A stretch of DNA of 64,000 nucleotides, taken from positions 4,650,001 through 4,714,000 of the forward strand of contig OX597821.1 of NCBI GenBank assembly GCA_951406725.2, written 5' to 3'. Shown here in pieces: positions 1 through 15,098 of the stretch; position 1 is the stretch's first letter; the number at the start of each line of letters is the position of its first letter. This DNA comes from Octopus vulgaris. Taxonomy: Eukaryota. Made by a program: the position numbers and the translations under genes. Below the pieces are notes generated by a model. That model saw only the letters and a list, made by a program, of their open reading frames with translations, searched no databases and had not been told where the DNA came from.

Positions 1-362
1 TCTCGTGTCCTTTTGCTGTTGAGCATGTTTAATATTAGTTTATTGAAAAATGTCATTCAACGCGGCCTGTTACGGCAGGCTATTTGTAATTCTTCCTAGA
101 CCAGGCTTTCATCACATAAGCATATATTTCGTATGTTTTTTTAATAAAAACATCATTGCTTACCGCGCTATGAGAGAGACATTTGACTTTCTAGGCTGAC
201 AAACAGAAACGACAGAGAATATTTAGCCTTCTATGGCCGACTGAAACATTTAAAGTATATCTTGTGTTTCCACACATGACTAAGCGGAGAATTTTCTCCT
301 GGGACTTGCTGTGCCGCAGACGTTTTTATCCCGTTTATATAGCTAGATGTCTATATAAACGG

Positions 363-423
<61 letters not shown>

Positions 424-434
424 GTGCTAGATAT

Positions 435-521
<87 letters not shown>
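363..521. repeat. (GATA)n microsatellite
   Basis: Direct inspection. Confidence 0.95.
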
Positions 522-523
<2 letters not shown>

Positions 524-1828
524 CACATAGACACATAGAGCGATAGATAGATTTATTATATTTCTACGTAGATTACACAGACGCATAAGCTCTGTGCCTG
601 CTTACAAATTCAGTCGTTATTGCGATTTCTTTGGCAAAACTTTGAAATGCTGTTTGGTACAGGGGATATTTCGTCCCAGGGACTGGTATAGTCATATTGC
701 TCACCTTAATGTCTTTTTATTATAAGCACATAAAAATATATGTGGTGCATGTGTGCGTTTGTATATGTATGTGTACGTGTTGTCTGAAGCAATTTCACGT
801 GTAGAAATACACAAAAACTGCATCAAAATGAAAAGCTCGAACATAAAATTTTTCATTTTTTCTCTCACTCAATGTATAACACAATACCTGTATCTTATTC
901 ACACATTCGCGTGCATATATTTCACAATGTGTGTTTTTTTTAATATTTTTATTGCACGGTGTTTCATGTCGGTGTTTCAGTGTTAATGTGCGAATGTATG
1001 TGGTGATATATGTGGGAAGTGTTATATGTAAGCGATATGTGTGTGTGTAGAAAACCATTAATATGATCGAAAAAGCTAGCACAAGTAGTAAAATGCAGGA
1101 ACGAGGGAATACTTTAAAGAAAGATATGAATGAAATACTACTGAACATATAACGTCAAATACACATTGTCTCACGTTGTCTGTAGACATATATGCACTTC
1201 TATAAACTAATATTTTAAACACACATGCGCTCACACGCAAGACGAAAAATAAAAGGAAAAAAAAACTCAATGTATTGCAATCTTTCACACTCAGGCGCAT
1301 AAAATGCATGCCTGCACTCAAACATCGTAAAGGCTCAAACTAGGCGCCATATTTATTCTACTTCGCTATCCAAATACAAACGAACTTTTGAATAGATTAA
1401 AAAGGAAAAATGAAACAAACAAACAAACAAGCACGCGCAAGCTTATAGCCTCAGAATATCTCACACAACCGCAACTGGAATTATATATGCACCTCCATGT
1501 AGACATATGCTGAAAAGAGTCATGAATACGCAGAGTTACATGGACAATGAAATAATTGGAAGAAAAGAGAAGAAAAAAACAAGGGAAGCAATAGAGAGAG
1601 ACTAGCTGTGACGCAAATGCAGTGCGGAAAAAGTAAGAATGAAACTAGAATGCAAGTATACGGCAATCACAAATGTACAGACGAAGACACAAACACACGA
1701 ACATCCGAGCAAAACAACATACCTATATACGCAATTACACACACACACACACAAACACATTAAGACGTGAATACATAGACGCCAGTGAACTTATAACAGC
1801 GTATGTATATACGAGCATATACACATGC

Positions 1829-1878
<50 letters not shown>

Positions 1879-1906
1879 ATGAATGTATGTATACCATATG
1901 TATATG

Positions 1907-1939
<33 letters not shown>

Positions 1940-2529
1940 GATTGTGTACATACATACATACATACGTATACGGAAGAGCCTACACCTCTACACTCCAAAG
2001 TGTATGTATGCATGTATGTCTGTATGGTCGAATGTGTATACGTATCTACATGAATTATATTTGTTTGTGTGAGTATCTTTGTGTCTGTATAAGTGTGTGT
2101 GTGTGTATGTGTAAGTGTGTGTGTATGTGTGTCTGCCTGTCTATCTGTCTACCTGTGCGTTGCGTATATACATATACTCAGTATCAGGCGTTTAATGGTC
2201 AACAAAAAGAACAAACACATTAACGAAATTCTGAATTTAATGAGAAACACATAGAAACGAATACTTAAAACAATCGCATACTCACACTCATTGATGAACA
2301 TTGTACGAAATGTAATAAGTGTTTATAAGTTTGAAGAACAGACGGCAATAGAAGCGGGTGAAAAAGGGTGAAAAGTTAAAAATCGTGTCGAAATGCACAA
2401 CAAACATAAAACTTCTAAGCTTTGTAGAATGTAAAAGAAAATGAAAGTATTGATTCGAAAGTAAAATCACCATTTCCTCATTTAAGGAAGTCTCAGTAAA
2501 CAACAGTCACCTCCCTTTACTTGCTTCTT

Positions 2530-3853
2530 TGTTTGTTTTCTTGCTTTTGTGTTTGTTATTCAGTGAATTTCTACTCTCTCTTATTGTGTTCTTCCTCTCC
2601 TCCTCCTCCTCCTCCACCTTCATCTTTTTCTTATTCTCCTCTTTCTTCTTCCTCTTCTTCTTTTTCTTCCTCTTCCTCCTCCTCTTCCCTCTTCATCTTC
2701 TTCTTCTGCCTCTTTCCCCGTCTTCAGTAGTTTTCTTATATTCTTCTTCTTCCCCTTCATCCTCTTTATTTCTCTTCTTCTTCTACTTCCTTTTCTTCTT
2801 CTTCTTCTTCTTCTTCTTCTTCTTCTTTTTTTCTTCTTCCCCTTCTTCTTCTACATCCTCTCTTCTTCTTCTTCTTCTTCTTCTTCTTCTTCTTCTTCTT
2901 CTTCTTCTTCTTCTTCTTCTTCTTCTTCTTCTTTTTCTTCTTCTCCTTCTTCCTCTTTCTTTCTCTTCTTCTTCCTCTACTTCTTTTTCTTCTTCCTCTT
3001 CTTCCTGTTTCTCTTCTTCTTATTCTTCTGCATATTTTCTTCTTCACTATTTCTCTTCTATTCTTCGTATCACCATCAGCATCATTGTCGTCGTCAACGT
3101 CGCCTTCCCCGTCGTATTTAGCATCATCATCATCATCATCTCTGTCAGTATCATCAACGTCTTCATCATTATCATCATCGTCATCATCGTCCATGTCGCT
3201 GTCCTCGTCATCATCATCGTCATCGTCACCAATATTATCATCGCTGTCGGCATTGTCGTCGTCGCCCACACCGTCCCCTTACCACCACCAAATTCTTCTA
3301 GATTCTTCATTTTCCTCTCTGTTTCCAATTCTTTCAGCATCTCTATGATGGCGACGATGAGGAAGAAGAGTAGAAGAAAGAGGAAAAGAATAATGAAGAG
3401 AATCATAAGCATTAGAATTATAGCTGTCCTACCCCCTCCAAATCATCATCATTATCTCCTTCTTCGACTAATTCCTCCTTTTTTGCTTCATCTGCTATTT
3501 CTCTCTCACCAGCATCAGTATCAGCATCACTGGCGCCACTGGCTTCATCACCATTTCGTGTTTTTTTTTCTCGTTATTATAAAATCTTCACCAAAGTTAT
3601 TTTTCATCATCAAAATGAACACCGTCGTAATCATCATCATCGTCATCACCATCATCATTAGCATTGGCTTCATTTTACTCCTCGTGTTCCACTCTACCTC
3701 AATTTGATTCCATCAGCACAATCACCATCATTATCATCATCATCATCATCATTATTATTATTATTATTATTGTGAGGGAACTAGTCGATTTCATCGATAA
3801 TAATCCTCAACTCATCATCATCATCATCATCATCATCGTCATCGTTATCGTTA

Positions 3854-3952
<99 letters not shown>
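2530..3952. repeat. Compound trinucleotide low-complexity block (CTT/CAT/ATT/AGT)
   Basis: Direct inspection; explains the 392-aa and 167-aa spurious ORFs. Confidence 0.9.
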
Positions 3953-3959
3953 ATTTTAA

Positions 3960-4385
3960 GGCGCCAAGCTTGCAGAATTGTTAGCACGCCGGGCGAGATG
4001 CTTAGCGGTATTTCGTCTGTCTTTATGTTCTGAGTTCAAATCCCGCTATGGGTCAATTTTGCCTTTCATCCTTTCGGGATCGATTAAATAAGAACCAGTC
4101 ACGCAAGATGCTCGATGTACTAGAATATTCTCCTTCTCCTAAAATTTTTGGGCCTTTAGCAGAAAAGGATTATTATTAATGTACGTAAGCTATCAATCTA
4201 CAGAACTGATAGCCTGTCCGAAAAAATGCTTAGCGACGTCTTGCCTTTCAATTCTGAGCACAAATGCCTCCATGATTTGTCTTTGGCTTTCATCGTTTCA
4301 GGGTCGATCAAACAAATATCAGTCGACTATTATGGTCGATGAAATCGACTAGTTCCCTCCTCCTGAATTTTAAGGCTTTTGCCTA
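3960..4385 (+). mobile_element. Two tRNA-derived SINE family B copies
   Basis: GTTAGCACGCCGGGCGA...TTCTGAGTTCAAAT (B box)...GCCTTTCATCCTTTCGGG. Confidence 0.75.
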
Positions 4386-4407
4386 TACTATACATGACTA
4401 TCTTTTT

Positions 4408-4414
4408 AGTAGTA

Positions 4415-4464
<50 letters not shown>

Positions 4465-4502
4465 GGTGGTGGTGGTAGTAGTAGCAGTAGTACAGTAGTA
4501 GC

Positions 4503-4580
<78 letters not shown>
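4408..4580. repeat. (AGT)n/(GGT)n microsatellite
   Basis: Direct inspection. Confidence 0.95.
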
Positions 4581-4581
<1 letters not shown>

Positions 4582-5602
4582 CGTAACTGGTGTTTATCTT
4601 CTCAGCTTCGGCATGATGAAATCATACTGGAAATCATCATTGAAATACATCCAAGTGTATGCACACTGTAGATTGATGTCTACAGTGACATTGACGTTGG
4701 TTGTTTTGTTTAACCTTACGTCACTCCATATTGTTAACCCTTATTCAACAAACCTATTATCAAGTAACTTTCAGAAAATGATTCCCACATCTTTGATGTT
4801 ATCATGCATTAACATATTTTGCGTTTCCGACAATTGTGAATGTTTTAAGCGAGAGTTGGTTCCTATTTCTTTCTGATTGACTGATAACTTATATGCCATC
4901 TGATCAGCCGTATGCACTTTTCTTAGTTAACCTGCATTAGTTCTTCACACACTTATGAAAATCATGAACCTCATTTACTTCAGAAAGCATTCAAATTAAC
5001 CCCGGAATTTTGTGTATTTATTTTCTTAATATGCAGGTTTCATTTTACAAAGAAATTTCTGTTCCCAGTTTTGCCTCATGTGTGTTTGTGTGAGTATTTG
5101 TGTGTGTGTATGTGTAAGCGTGTGTGTATGTGTGTCTGCCTGTCTATCTGTCTACCTGTGCATTGCGTATATACATATAGTCAGTATCAGGCGTTTAATA
5201 GTCAACTTATCACAGAGCCACGTCTGCGCCTATCTTTATCTAAAAAATATATGTGTTTGATTAATAATTCTTTATATTTTATATTGTACTTATTCAGTCA
5301 ATAGACTGGCCAAACTGGGGCATCGTCTCGGGGGGTGGGGGTCGGTATTCAAGCAAATCGACTCCACTAATCATTTTTAGAATCTGCTACTTATTCATTT
5401 GAATTTGTTTTGCTTAAACCGCTGGGAGATTTAAACAATCCAATACTGGTCGCTCGGTGGTGGCCGTGGTCGTGGTGGGTGCACAAACAGACAAAGATAC
5501 ACTCATATATATGGCCGAAGACTATGCTCGTGCTTGAAACTCAGAGTACCAAGGATTCTGAATCAAACATTTTCTTTCTATCTATCTATCTTTCTATCTA
5601 TC

Positions 5603-5639
<37 letters not shown>

Positions 5640-6036
5640 TAGTGTGTGTCTGTGTGTGGGTGTAGGTGTGTATATACGAGCAAAATGCCCCCCTCGTCCA
5701 ATGGACGGTGCTGAGTTGTCAAACTTTTAAAACAAACAACTTGTCCGACCTTCCCCTAAATTTGAGAAACCAGCAAAAGAAAGAAAATAGACTTTTTTTT
5801 CTATTCCAAAGGAAAACGATTTCCCAGGGCTTTATCGATCGCATTCTCACGTGGAATCGATTTTTGTCAAAATGTTCAAGACTCATAGACGCCCTGATAC
5901 CGTCGGTATCTACATATCAAGTTTGAGTGCAATCGGATGGAGGGTGTCCGTGATCCGAAAAGCGACACACATACAAACGCAGTCAGAACGGATTTTATAT
6001 AATATATATATAACCACATATCAATTTCAGTATCTA

Positions 6037-6272
6037 TATTCTTTTATTCTTTTACTTGTTTCAGGGAGTTGACTGCGGCCGTGTTGGAGCTCCGCCTGGA
6101 AGGGTTTTAGCCGAACAAATCGACCACAGGACTTACTTTTTAAGCTTAGTAACTATTCTATTGGTCTCATTTGAGAAATGCTAAGTTACAAGGATTTAAA
6201 CGATTGGTGATGGTGTGACATACACAGATACAAAGACACACCCACAGATACATTCACACATATACACATACA

Positions 6273-6333
<61 letters not shown>

Positions 6334-6445
6334 CGCGACGGGCGTCTTGCAACTTCCGTATACAAAATCCACTCAATCCACTCACAGGGCTTTGGGCGGC
6401 CGTCACCTATGCTTGAATAAGCTCCCCTAAAGTGCCACGCACTGG
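6037..6445 (-). mobile_element. SINE family A, head-truncated
   Basis: Homologous to 49575-49972. Confidence 0.7.
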
Positions 6446-6922
6446 AGCTATTTCTCTGTAGCCTTTTCAAAGTTTTGACATAACTCAGAAGTCCGCTGCA
6501 TTAATGATTGTGACGATGGAGGGACCCCAGAGTTGATGTTAGACCCGACTATCTTTATAGGCATAGTTTCTTCTAGATGTCCACAGATAAGATGATGCAA
6601 ATTCGATTAGTCTCCTAGAGTAAAACATAGCGTTCATCGATAGTTTTGTGCATTCATCCCTGTAAATTATTTGTGTCTATGTTTATTGATAATGCAGCTA
6701 TTTTCGTGCATATGTACTTTATATGTTAATTGAGATTGAAATTGATATTTTCTCATAATGTTGCTATGGTACTGTTCTGAGCTATTTTAGAAATATCAAA
6801 ATGTTTACAAGATTTTCAAGCACTATTGTCAAGGACTGCGTGAGCTGGGGCATAGCGTAGCAACAATCCGGGCGGGCTTCATACAGTGATTGGTGACCAT
6901 TTATTGGGAACATTTTTCTATA

Positions 6923-7110
6923 GGCGCAGGCGTAGCACTGTGGTAAGAAGCTTGCTTCTCAATTACATGGTTCAAGGTTCAGTCCCACTGGGCGTAACCT
7001 TGGGCAAGTGTCTTCTGCTGTATCCTCGGGCCGATAAAAGCTTTGTGAGTGAATTCAGTAAGCAGAAACTGCAAGAAGCCCGCCGTATATATATATATAT
7101 ATATATATGT

Positions 7111-7161
<51 letters not shown>

Positions 7162-7395
7162 TTTGTATTATGTGTGTGTCTTTGTGTCTGTGTTTGTCTT
7201 CCCATCATCGCTTGACAACCGATGTTGTTTTGTTCTCGCCCTTGCCACGTAGTGCTTCGTGAAAAGAGACTGATAGAATAAGTACTAGGCTTACGAAGAA
7301 TAAGTCCTGGGGTCGATTTCTGCGACTAAAAACACCAGTGCTCCGGCATGGCTGCAGTGAATGCCTGAAACTATTAAAAGAATATAAGAATAGAA
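6923..7395 (+). mobile_element. tRNA-derived SINE family A (internal TA/TG microsatellite)
   Basis: A/B-box-like head (GTGGTAAG...GGTTCAGTCCC), conserved GATAGAATAAGTACT...GGGGTCGA body, AAAAGAAT tail. Confidence 0.8.
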
Positions 7396-8083
7396 AATAT
7401 GTGTTTTCTGAGGATATAATATACGTTTAGACTTTGGAGATAGAATTGGTTCGCTGCTTCGTCAATTCTTTATAATATATTATAGTTTGCAATCGAAAGC
7501 TAGAGGTCCAGATTTTTTTCCTCGAATGAAATAAATTTAACGTTAACGTGAAGTTGCTTACCGAGAGTCTGCAACATTCAGAGGAAGAGTTAATCTACAA
7601 GCGTGTAATTTCAACTACGCATGTCACTTGTTAAAGAATGTAATTTTGTAAAATGTTTCGTTTAACTATCGTAAGATTACAAAGATTTACACTAAGATAT
7701 CATAATAACAATAATTCATTAGCACGGTTAATGAATAGTCATTACTGCATTTATACCGCTAACTGAATAATAATTACCTTCAAATAAGTGAACCAATGCA
7801 TAACCTAGTTATTGTTAGGAATCAAAATAAATTTGCAAAAATAATTTCAATCACTTCTAAAACTGAACTACATAAGCCGTTCTTAATATTATCAAATTAA
7901 AATAATCATTTTTCCTCTCAAAATAATTCGATTGAATGCCACTAAATAGGTTTTATTAATTTAAGTTTTTTTTAATTTCTTTCGACATCTATCTCTTTCA
8001 CAATGTGAGAAGCGACAATTGATTGGAGACCTAATTTCTTTGAAATGCTACAGACAATATATACATTTCCACACCATCGCCAA

Positions 8084-8135
<52 letters not shown>

Positions 8136-8167
8136 TGCATATAGCTAGGTAGACAAATGAGTTGAAG

Positions 8168-8220
<53 letters not shown>

Positions 8221-8402
8221 GATGGCGTAGCAGTGTGGGGAGGAGCTTGCTTCTCAACCACGAGATTCTTGGTACAGTCATACTGCGTGAGTATGCGTAT
8301 GTGCAGGTCTTTGACTTTGTATCGGAATATGTGTCCCATACTCGCTTGACGACCGCTATTGATGTATTCATATCCCCGTAACTGAGAGCTTCACAAAATA
8401 CA

Positions 8403-8405
<3 letters not shown>
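8221..8405 (+). mobile_element. SINE family A, partial and decayed
   Basis: Head plus CTCGCTTGACGACCG...TCCCCGTAACT block. Confidence 0.6.
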
Positions 8406-8446
<41 letters not shown>

Positions 8447-8649
8447 AGGGTGGAAATTTGAATATTAATTTAATATCAAATTTATCTGTATTTTGTATTT
8501 TTTCATTTGTCTTGCTCGCCTACGTTCTGGCGTTTGCTAAATTTTCTCGAGAAAATTCCTTCCTTAGTGGTAAGACCATAGCGGAACTTCTAGCATAATG
8601 GATGTCCACTTACATGTAATCCCCCTTCTATATGTATATATATATGTAT

Positions 8650-9396
<747 letters not shown>

Positions 9397-10814
9397 GTAT
9401 GACCATGCATTTTTATAGATTTACTACAAGCACAGGTATTGCTAGAAATTAGAGTTAAACCACAAATAGCTGCACAAAAGTACATTTATTTATACTGTCA
9501 GTGTAGATAAAGGACCTACGCTAGAACACTAGGTGGCACTGTTTCATGTTTACTGTAATTGTCAAGAGTGTGCGTCCATTGCTCCTAAAAGATATCCTCT
9601 GTGTTTGATTTTCAACAAGTAGTATTGCTCTCAGACATCAAATGAGTAAAGATAATATTAACAAAACAAAAAAAAAACACACACAGAAAAAGTCCTGTGA
9701 AACACAGCTACCCAGGGTTTCCTTGCCGATGTATTAATTTATTTTGCAATTTATCAGCTGGTAGAAACAGCAAGAAGGTTTTGTAAATGCGCGTGCTCAT
9801 TGGAACGTTGATTGCATCAAAGCTTGCGTCATGTTGTTACCATGTCGGCAATTATTGTTTTATTCCCATGCACTGTGCAAGTTTCCATTCAAAGAATATG
9901 GCGGAATTAACCCATTATAACTCCGCAAAAAGCAATATTGATTCAAAAGGATTCAAGCTATAATCATTTTGTATTGTTCGTACGCACGACCAACATCATA
10001 TTATTAAATATCTCGTTTCTTCTTTAGCCTGTATGCTTTCAGTTGAGTAGAATTTTGCATACATTTCTTATTCATCCATTAGGCGTGGGAAGATTTTGTC
10101 ATTAAATCTCTACCATATTCATCTGTGAGACAGATTCCTCATCAATGCACTCATTAAAATACTCGAGAAGCTTTCACTATATATGCTGGGAAAGGCGAGT
10201 AGTGAAATTATGGACAAGTTCTTTTAATAACACGAAATACGACAGTATGTTCATATCATATGCTTAAAATTACGGATTAAAAAAAATACAGATTGAATGA
10301 AATTTTGGTAAGCGTTACCTGCACAGGATAAAAAGTAATTATGGAGTCACAATAGCAATCTTAAATCTATGATTATCATAAGCGAATCTAAAACTAGGTT
10401 ATATACCTACGTTTTGAGAACAATGGAATGGCTTCGAATTTATTAAAATAAATGTCCATGAAGTGAAGTATGTTATGCTGAGTACATACCCCTCAAGCAA
10501 ACCTCTTTGTAATGCTTGTGACTGCGTTACACATTCAAAAGCCTGTGCCATCATCCATGAAATGTAAATCGTCACGAAATCAACACGGAAAGTTTATATA
10601 CACATAGCATCTCCTCACAGCGCCTGCTGAGTAATGTTATCCTTTATGTCCAAATATGTGCTCATCGATGGACCCGCAAGAAGATACATTTTAGACTCGT
10701 ACAAAAATAACATATGTAGAATAAAAAAATGAATGAGTATTTGCGTTGCATAAATAATATTTTCAGGATTAAATGAAAAAGCAACAAACGGAAAATATGA
10801 CATACCTGTGTGGG

Positions 10815-10855
<41 letters not shown>

Positions 10856-10867
10856 TTATATATATAT

Positions 10868-11176
10868 CACGTGACAGGTCAGGGTATGAGATGTCACTAC
10901 ACATCGCTGGTCACAATATGCTTCGCGTTGTTTTAGCCTTGAAATGACGGCACCCCACAGGCTAAGCGAGCAGGCCTACAGAAGAAAGACCGAGAGAAAG
11001 TTGCGGCACAAAAGTACAGCAGGGATGGCCACTCCCCCCCCCCCACTGCCGGAGCCTCCTGGGGCTTTTAGGTGTCGTTGATCAATAAACACTCACAACA
11101 CCCGGTCTGGGTATCGAAAGCACGATCCTACAATCGCTAGCCCGCTGCCCTAACCACTGAGCCATTGCGCTTCCAC
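10868..11176 (-). mobile_element. tRNA-derived SINE family C
   Basis: Minus-strand head GTGGAAGCGCAATGGCTCAGTGGTTAGGGCAGCG...TTCGATACCC; homologous to 41445 and 43210-43531. Confidence 0.7.
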
Positions 11177-11454
11177 ACGCGCACACACACACACACACAC
11201 ACACTCACATAAATATATATTTATATATATATATATATATATATACATACATACACATACATACATACATACATACATACATACATACATACATACATAC
11301 ATACATACATAAATACATACATACATACATAAAGAATATATACACGAAATGGTACGCTGTATAAGTGCTAGAATTGGTCATCCGCTAGTTTCCAAGTTCA
11401 CAGCTGAGGCCGGAGCTAGGGATTCGTATTAGGCATCCTTGTTAGCAGAAATAT

Positions 11455-11895
11455 ATTAGTGGAAAAGGACAACATAAACCAAGGCAGGACGAGTATCTCA
11501 CGTCATTTAATTAGAGTAAGGTGAATTTGAAGTCTGATAGGTGTTTCTGAATATCTCAAGTGATAGGCTAGCATGTCTGTACGCTGAGTATTCCGTCATC
11601 AGAGATAAGGTGAGTATGTACTAATGTCCTGGACGGGGAAATTTACAGATTATAAGGAATAAAATAGAAGAATACAGATTTCTATTTTATTCTTTATATT
11701 CTGTGAATCTCTCTATCTAGAAATTTCATACATACTCACCTTGTGTCTGATGAGGGAATACTCAGTGTACGGTCATGCTAACCTATAATTCCCAGAAACA
11801 GCTGTAAGTCTTTAATTCATCTTACCCTCATTAAATTATTATAAATGACTTGAAATACTTTTCCTGCCTTGGTTTTTATTGTTCCTTTCTTCTAA
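11455..11895. mobile_element. Fold-back pair of PLE-type termini (second family), each arm with a hammerhead-like motif
   Basis: Imperfect inverted arms ~11455-11669 and ~11680-11895, e.g. AAACCAAGGCAGGA/TCCTGCCTTGGTTT and GGTGAGTATGTA/TACATACTCACC. Confidence 0.7.
11743..11810 (+). ncRNA. Hammerhead-like motif with long loop II and palindromic stem-loop III
   Basis: CTGATGA GGGAAT...ATTCCC a GAAAC AGCT GTA; stem I is weak. A decayed mirror copy lies at ~11533-11606(-). Confidence 0.55.
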
Positions 11896-13289
11896 TGTGT
11901 GTGTGTATGTGTGTGTGTGTACACACGCTGCAAACACGCCCGTAAATTGGTAAATGAATGTGCTCTCTAAAGATTTTCCCTTTCTCACAGTTGAGATTAC
12001 TTTCTAATTGCGTATTGCGTCCTGATTTGAACTATGGTTTTCACAGATCTGTACTGGACACATGAAACACGAATATATGTTGGTTCATGTGTGCGCGTAT
12101 ATGCTTACTTCCTCATGCGCGCTTGTGTTTGTATGTGTTTTGCGTGTTTGACGTTTGTGCGTGTGTCTACGTATGTCTGTGTGTGTATAGGTGTTTGTTT
12201 GTAGCTGTGTGTGTGTGTGTGTGTGAGTATGTGTGTGTATTCTGAACAAGGAAGAACTTACATATTCCAAATTGAGCTATTTTGTAGTCCGACAATTTGC
12301 GCAAATGCGGGATGGGGGGAAGTTACCCAAGGACCAGTTACAGGTGTTAAAACGGTGAGAGATGAATTATTTATGTCGCCTTTAGCGTATGATAGCACAT
12401 TTTGAGATTAGACTAAAGCGATATTATCTGGCTGGAAAAAATATTTAAAAAGCCAGAACTGACACCAACGGATGTTGAATAAAAAAACAACGACTTCCAG
12501 AGAATAGAAAACCAAATTGAAATTCTTGTAACAGATTTAGTTCAGTGCAATGTCGTTTATGCTATCAGTCTACCATCGTCTACGAGTTAAATAATAACTG
12601 ATATTGACTTTGTTCAAAGTACTTATTATGTGATAAAAAAAAAATTATTTCCGTTTTACATTTTTTTTTGTCTGTTTGAAACGTTGATGTGCATGAAAAT
12701 ATTATTAGGGTGGGGAAACAAGGTGTCCATATGTGTGGAGAGTGTGAGAGGATAGCGTTAAATACAATTTAAATGGAAAGGCAATTACATTTTGTCTAGA
12801 CGACGGAGTGATATTCATAATTGTTAAAGAACCAATAAATACAAAAGACTTTCCTTGTGCTGCAGACTCACAGACGCAGAATAGATCAAGCCAATGCAAG
12901 AGTCTCCATATGGTTGCTCGTGATGCTAGATATAAGAACTAAATATCCATCTATTAACAATTTACTCTATACAAAAATGAAGTAGATGCAATTTATGATA
13001 TAATACTATATATATGAGTGAAGGCTTGTGGCCTATGTGTGTGGGTATTGTACTCGTGATCATAAGCAGTTGTTTTAGATTCCACAGCCAAATTGTAATT
13101 TGTGTTCTTGAGCGAAACACTTCATTTCACGTTGCTGACATCTACTCAACTGAAAATGAGTCACAGCAGTAGCAGCAGAGTACATTTGGTGACCGAACGG
13201 TGTACGAGTTTGTGCGACGTGTCCTAATTTCAGGAATCACGTTCAGTTCAAGGCTTGTGAGTTTTTCGTCTTAAAACAGACCCAATTAA

Positions 13290-13500
13290 ATGAGGAGGTG
13301 CTGAAAAGTTCCTGGCTTTGGGTAAAAGGAAATACAGGAGGATCAGTTAAATACGATTTCATTCAACATATTCTCCTCTCAGATTCACACACTTTTCGCA
13401 GCGGTCCTTCAGTTTTTCTAAGCTCTGTAAACGAATTCGGAATTTGGGCCTCCAACCAGGTTTTCCGCAACACCTTTAAACTGAGGAATTTTTCAATACA
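13290..13500 (-). mobile_element. Mariner-derived MITE
   Basis: GAGGnGGTGCTGAAAAGTTCCTGGCT terminus; minus strand reads like a transposase end (DRCEKCVNLRGEYVE*); homologous to 51020-51225. Confidence 0.6.
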
Positions 13501-13900
13501 TTATGGAATAGAAGTATAAAGACAGCAGAAGGTTATGGCTAGATTGCATTTGACCATAGACTGAACTGAGGCCAGAATTTAGAATAGTGTCCAGCCAGTA
13601 CATCAGTTGGGGCTGTAGAGCTAAGAAAGGACCATGACGAGGCTAATCCCTTAGAAAAAATTTGTAGTATAGTTGCAACCGGTATTCTAGTTGCTTCATC
13701 TTACCTCTCTGAACATAGTTCCACACACAACACTCTCCCTCGCTCTCTCTCTCACTCTATCTCTATCTATCTCTCTCACTCTCTCCTTCCACATCTCTCT
13801 CTTTCTTTCAATCCTTACCTCTCACAGATACACACCTATATATATGTACACACATGCACATATATCTTTGTATCTATCTATCTCGCTCTCTCTATATACA

Positions 13901-13961
<61 letters not shown>

Positions 13962-13972
13962 TATATATATAT

Positions 13973-14280
13973 GTAGGTCCCGGGTTGATTCGGGGTTAAC
14001 CACAGTAAATAAGGTACTCAATACATAGTAGAATAAAATTAATTTATTATATAGAAGGAGCATCTACAGGACTAGAACTGTTTCATTCAAGAGAAATCTT
14101 CAGGAAGCTAGTTAACAAGAATTGTATTGGCATTTATACATTTAGGCATGTTTAAAGGGGTGTTGGTGGGGGACTTTTTGGGGGTAGGCATAGCGCAAAA
14201 TATCATACTTGGGGGAGTGGTCAAGGAGTCAGTGTTAAATTAGATAGAAGAATAAATAAAAAAATAAAAAAATAAAAAAT

Positions 14281-14285
<5 letters not shown>
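13973..14285 (-). mobile_element. Solo 3' terminus of the same PLE family
   Basis: Starts GTAGGTCCCGGGTTGATTCGGGGTTAACC like 55674 and is highly similar over ~300 bp; abuts (TA)n. Confidence 0.88.
14059..14109 (-). ncRNA. Hammerhead ribozyme copy
   Basis: Reverse complement reads AGCTTC CTGAAGA tttctcttgaat GAAA CAG ttctagtc CTG TA GATGCT (one stem I mismatch). Confidence 0.8.
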
Positions 14286-14316
<31 letters not shown>

Positions 14317-15098
14317 CATATACACGTATATATATATATGCATATATTTATGTATATATATATGCTTATACATATGCGTATGCACATACATGTATATATA
14401 TATAAATATTCATATATATATGTATGGTATATATATATATATATATATGTATACATGTATGTATGTATGTAAGTATGTATGTACGCATGTATGTATGTAT
14501 GTATGTATGTATGTATGTATGTATGTATGTATGTATGTATGTATGTATGTATGTATGTATGTATAAGGGGGTTATATTGTTCTTTTAAATTACATTTTTC
14601 ACTGAGTGCTTTCCCCGTTCGCGAAGTAGCTAAAACTAAACACATTGCTGTAGTTTTCACGTTGCATCTTTACTTTTTCATTTCACTGTAAAGAGAAGCT
14701 GGTTGGCAGTTCTTCACTCTCCCTCAGACAGTTTCCATGAATATTCTCGTGAATTCAAGAAACAGGTCATAGCAAATTATTGGAGTATATTTACTTTCTA
14801 TTTACTTTTTACGATTACTTTTGGAATTTAAATCGAAAATTAGATTTAATCTTAAATTAAATCTGCTATCCTAGAAATTCCTGTTTTTTTTTTACATTTC
14901 TGTTTCTACAGTCTCCTAACACAGTTTTGTCTTTCCCTTATGCCGCAATTCCTACAACATCTGCGACGTCTATCACATGTACATGTATTAACATACTGAA
15001 TATATTTAAAACCATTCAAATTTCGCTTATGTACGTAGCTACTACTGGAAACATCACCATGTTATCAAGCTTCTGGATATAATCATGCGCAGCAAATA

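Noticed and set aside
2529-3707. 392-aa ORF and overlapping acidic/basic ORFs
   Set aside because: Translations of CTT/CAT repeats that lack stop codons; no domain content.
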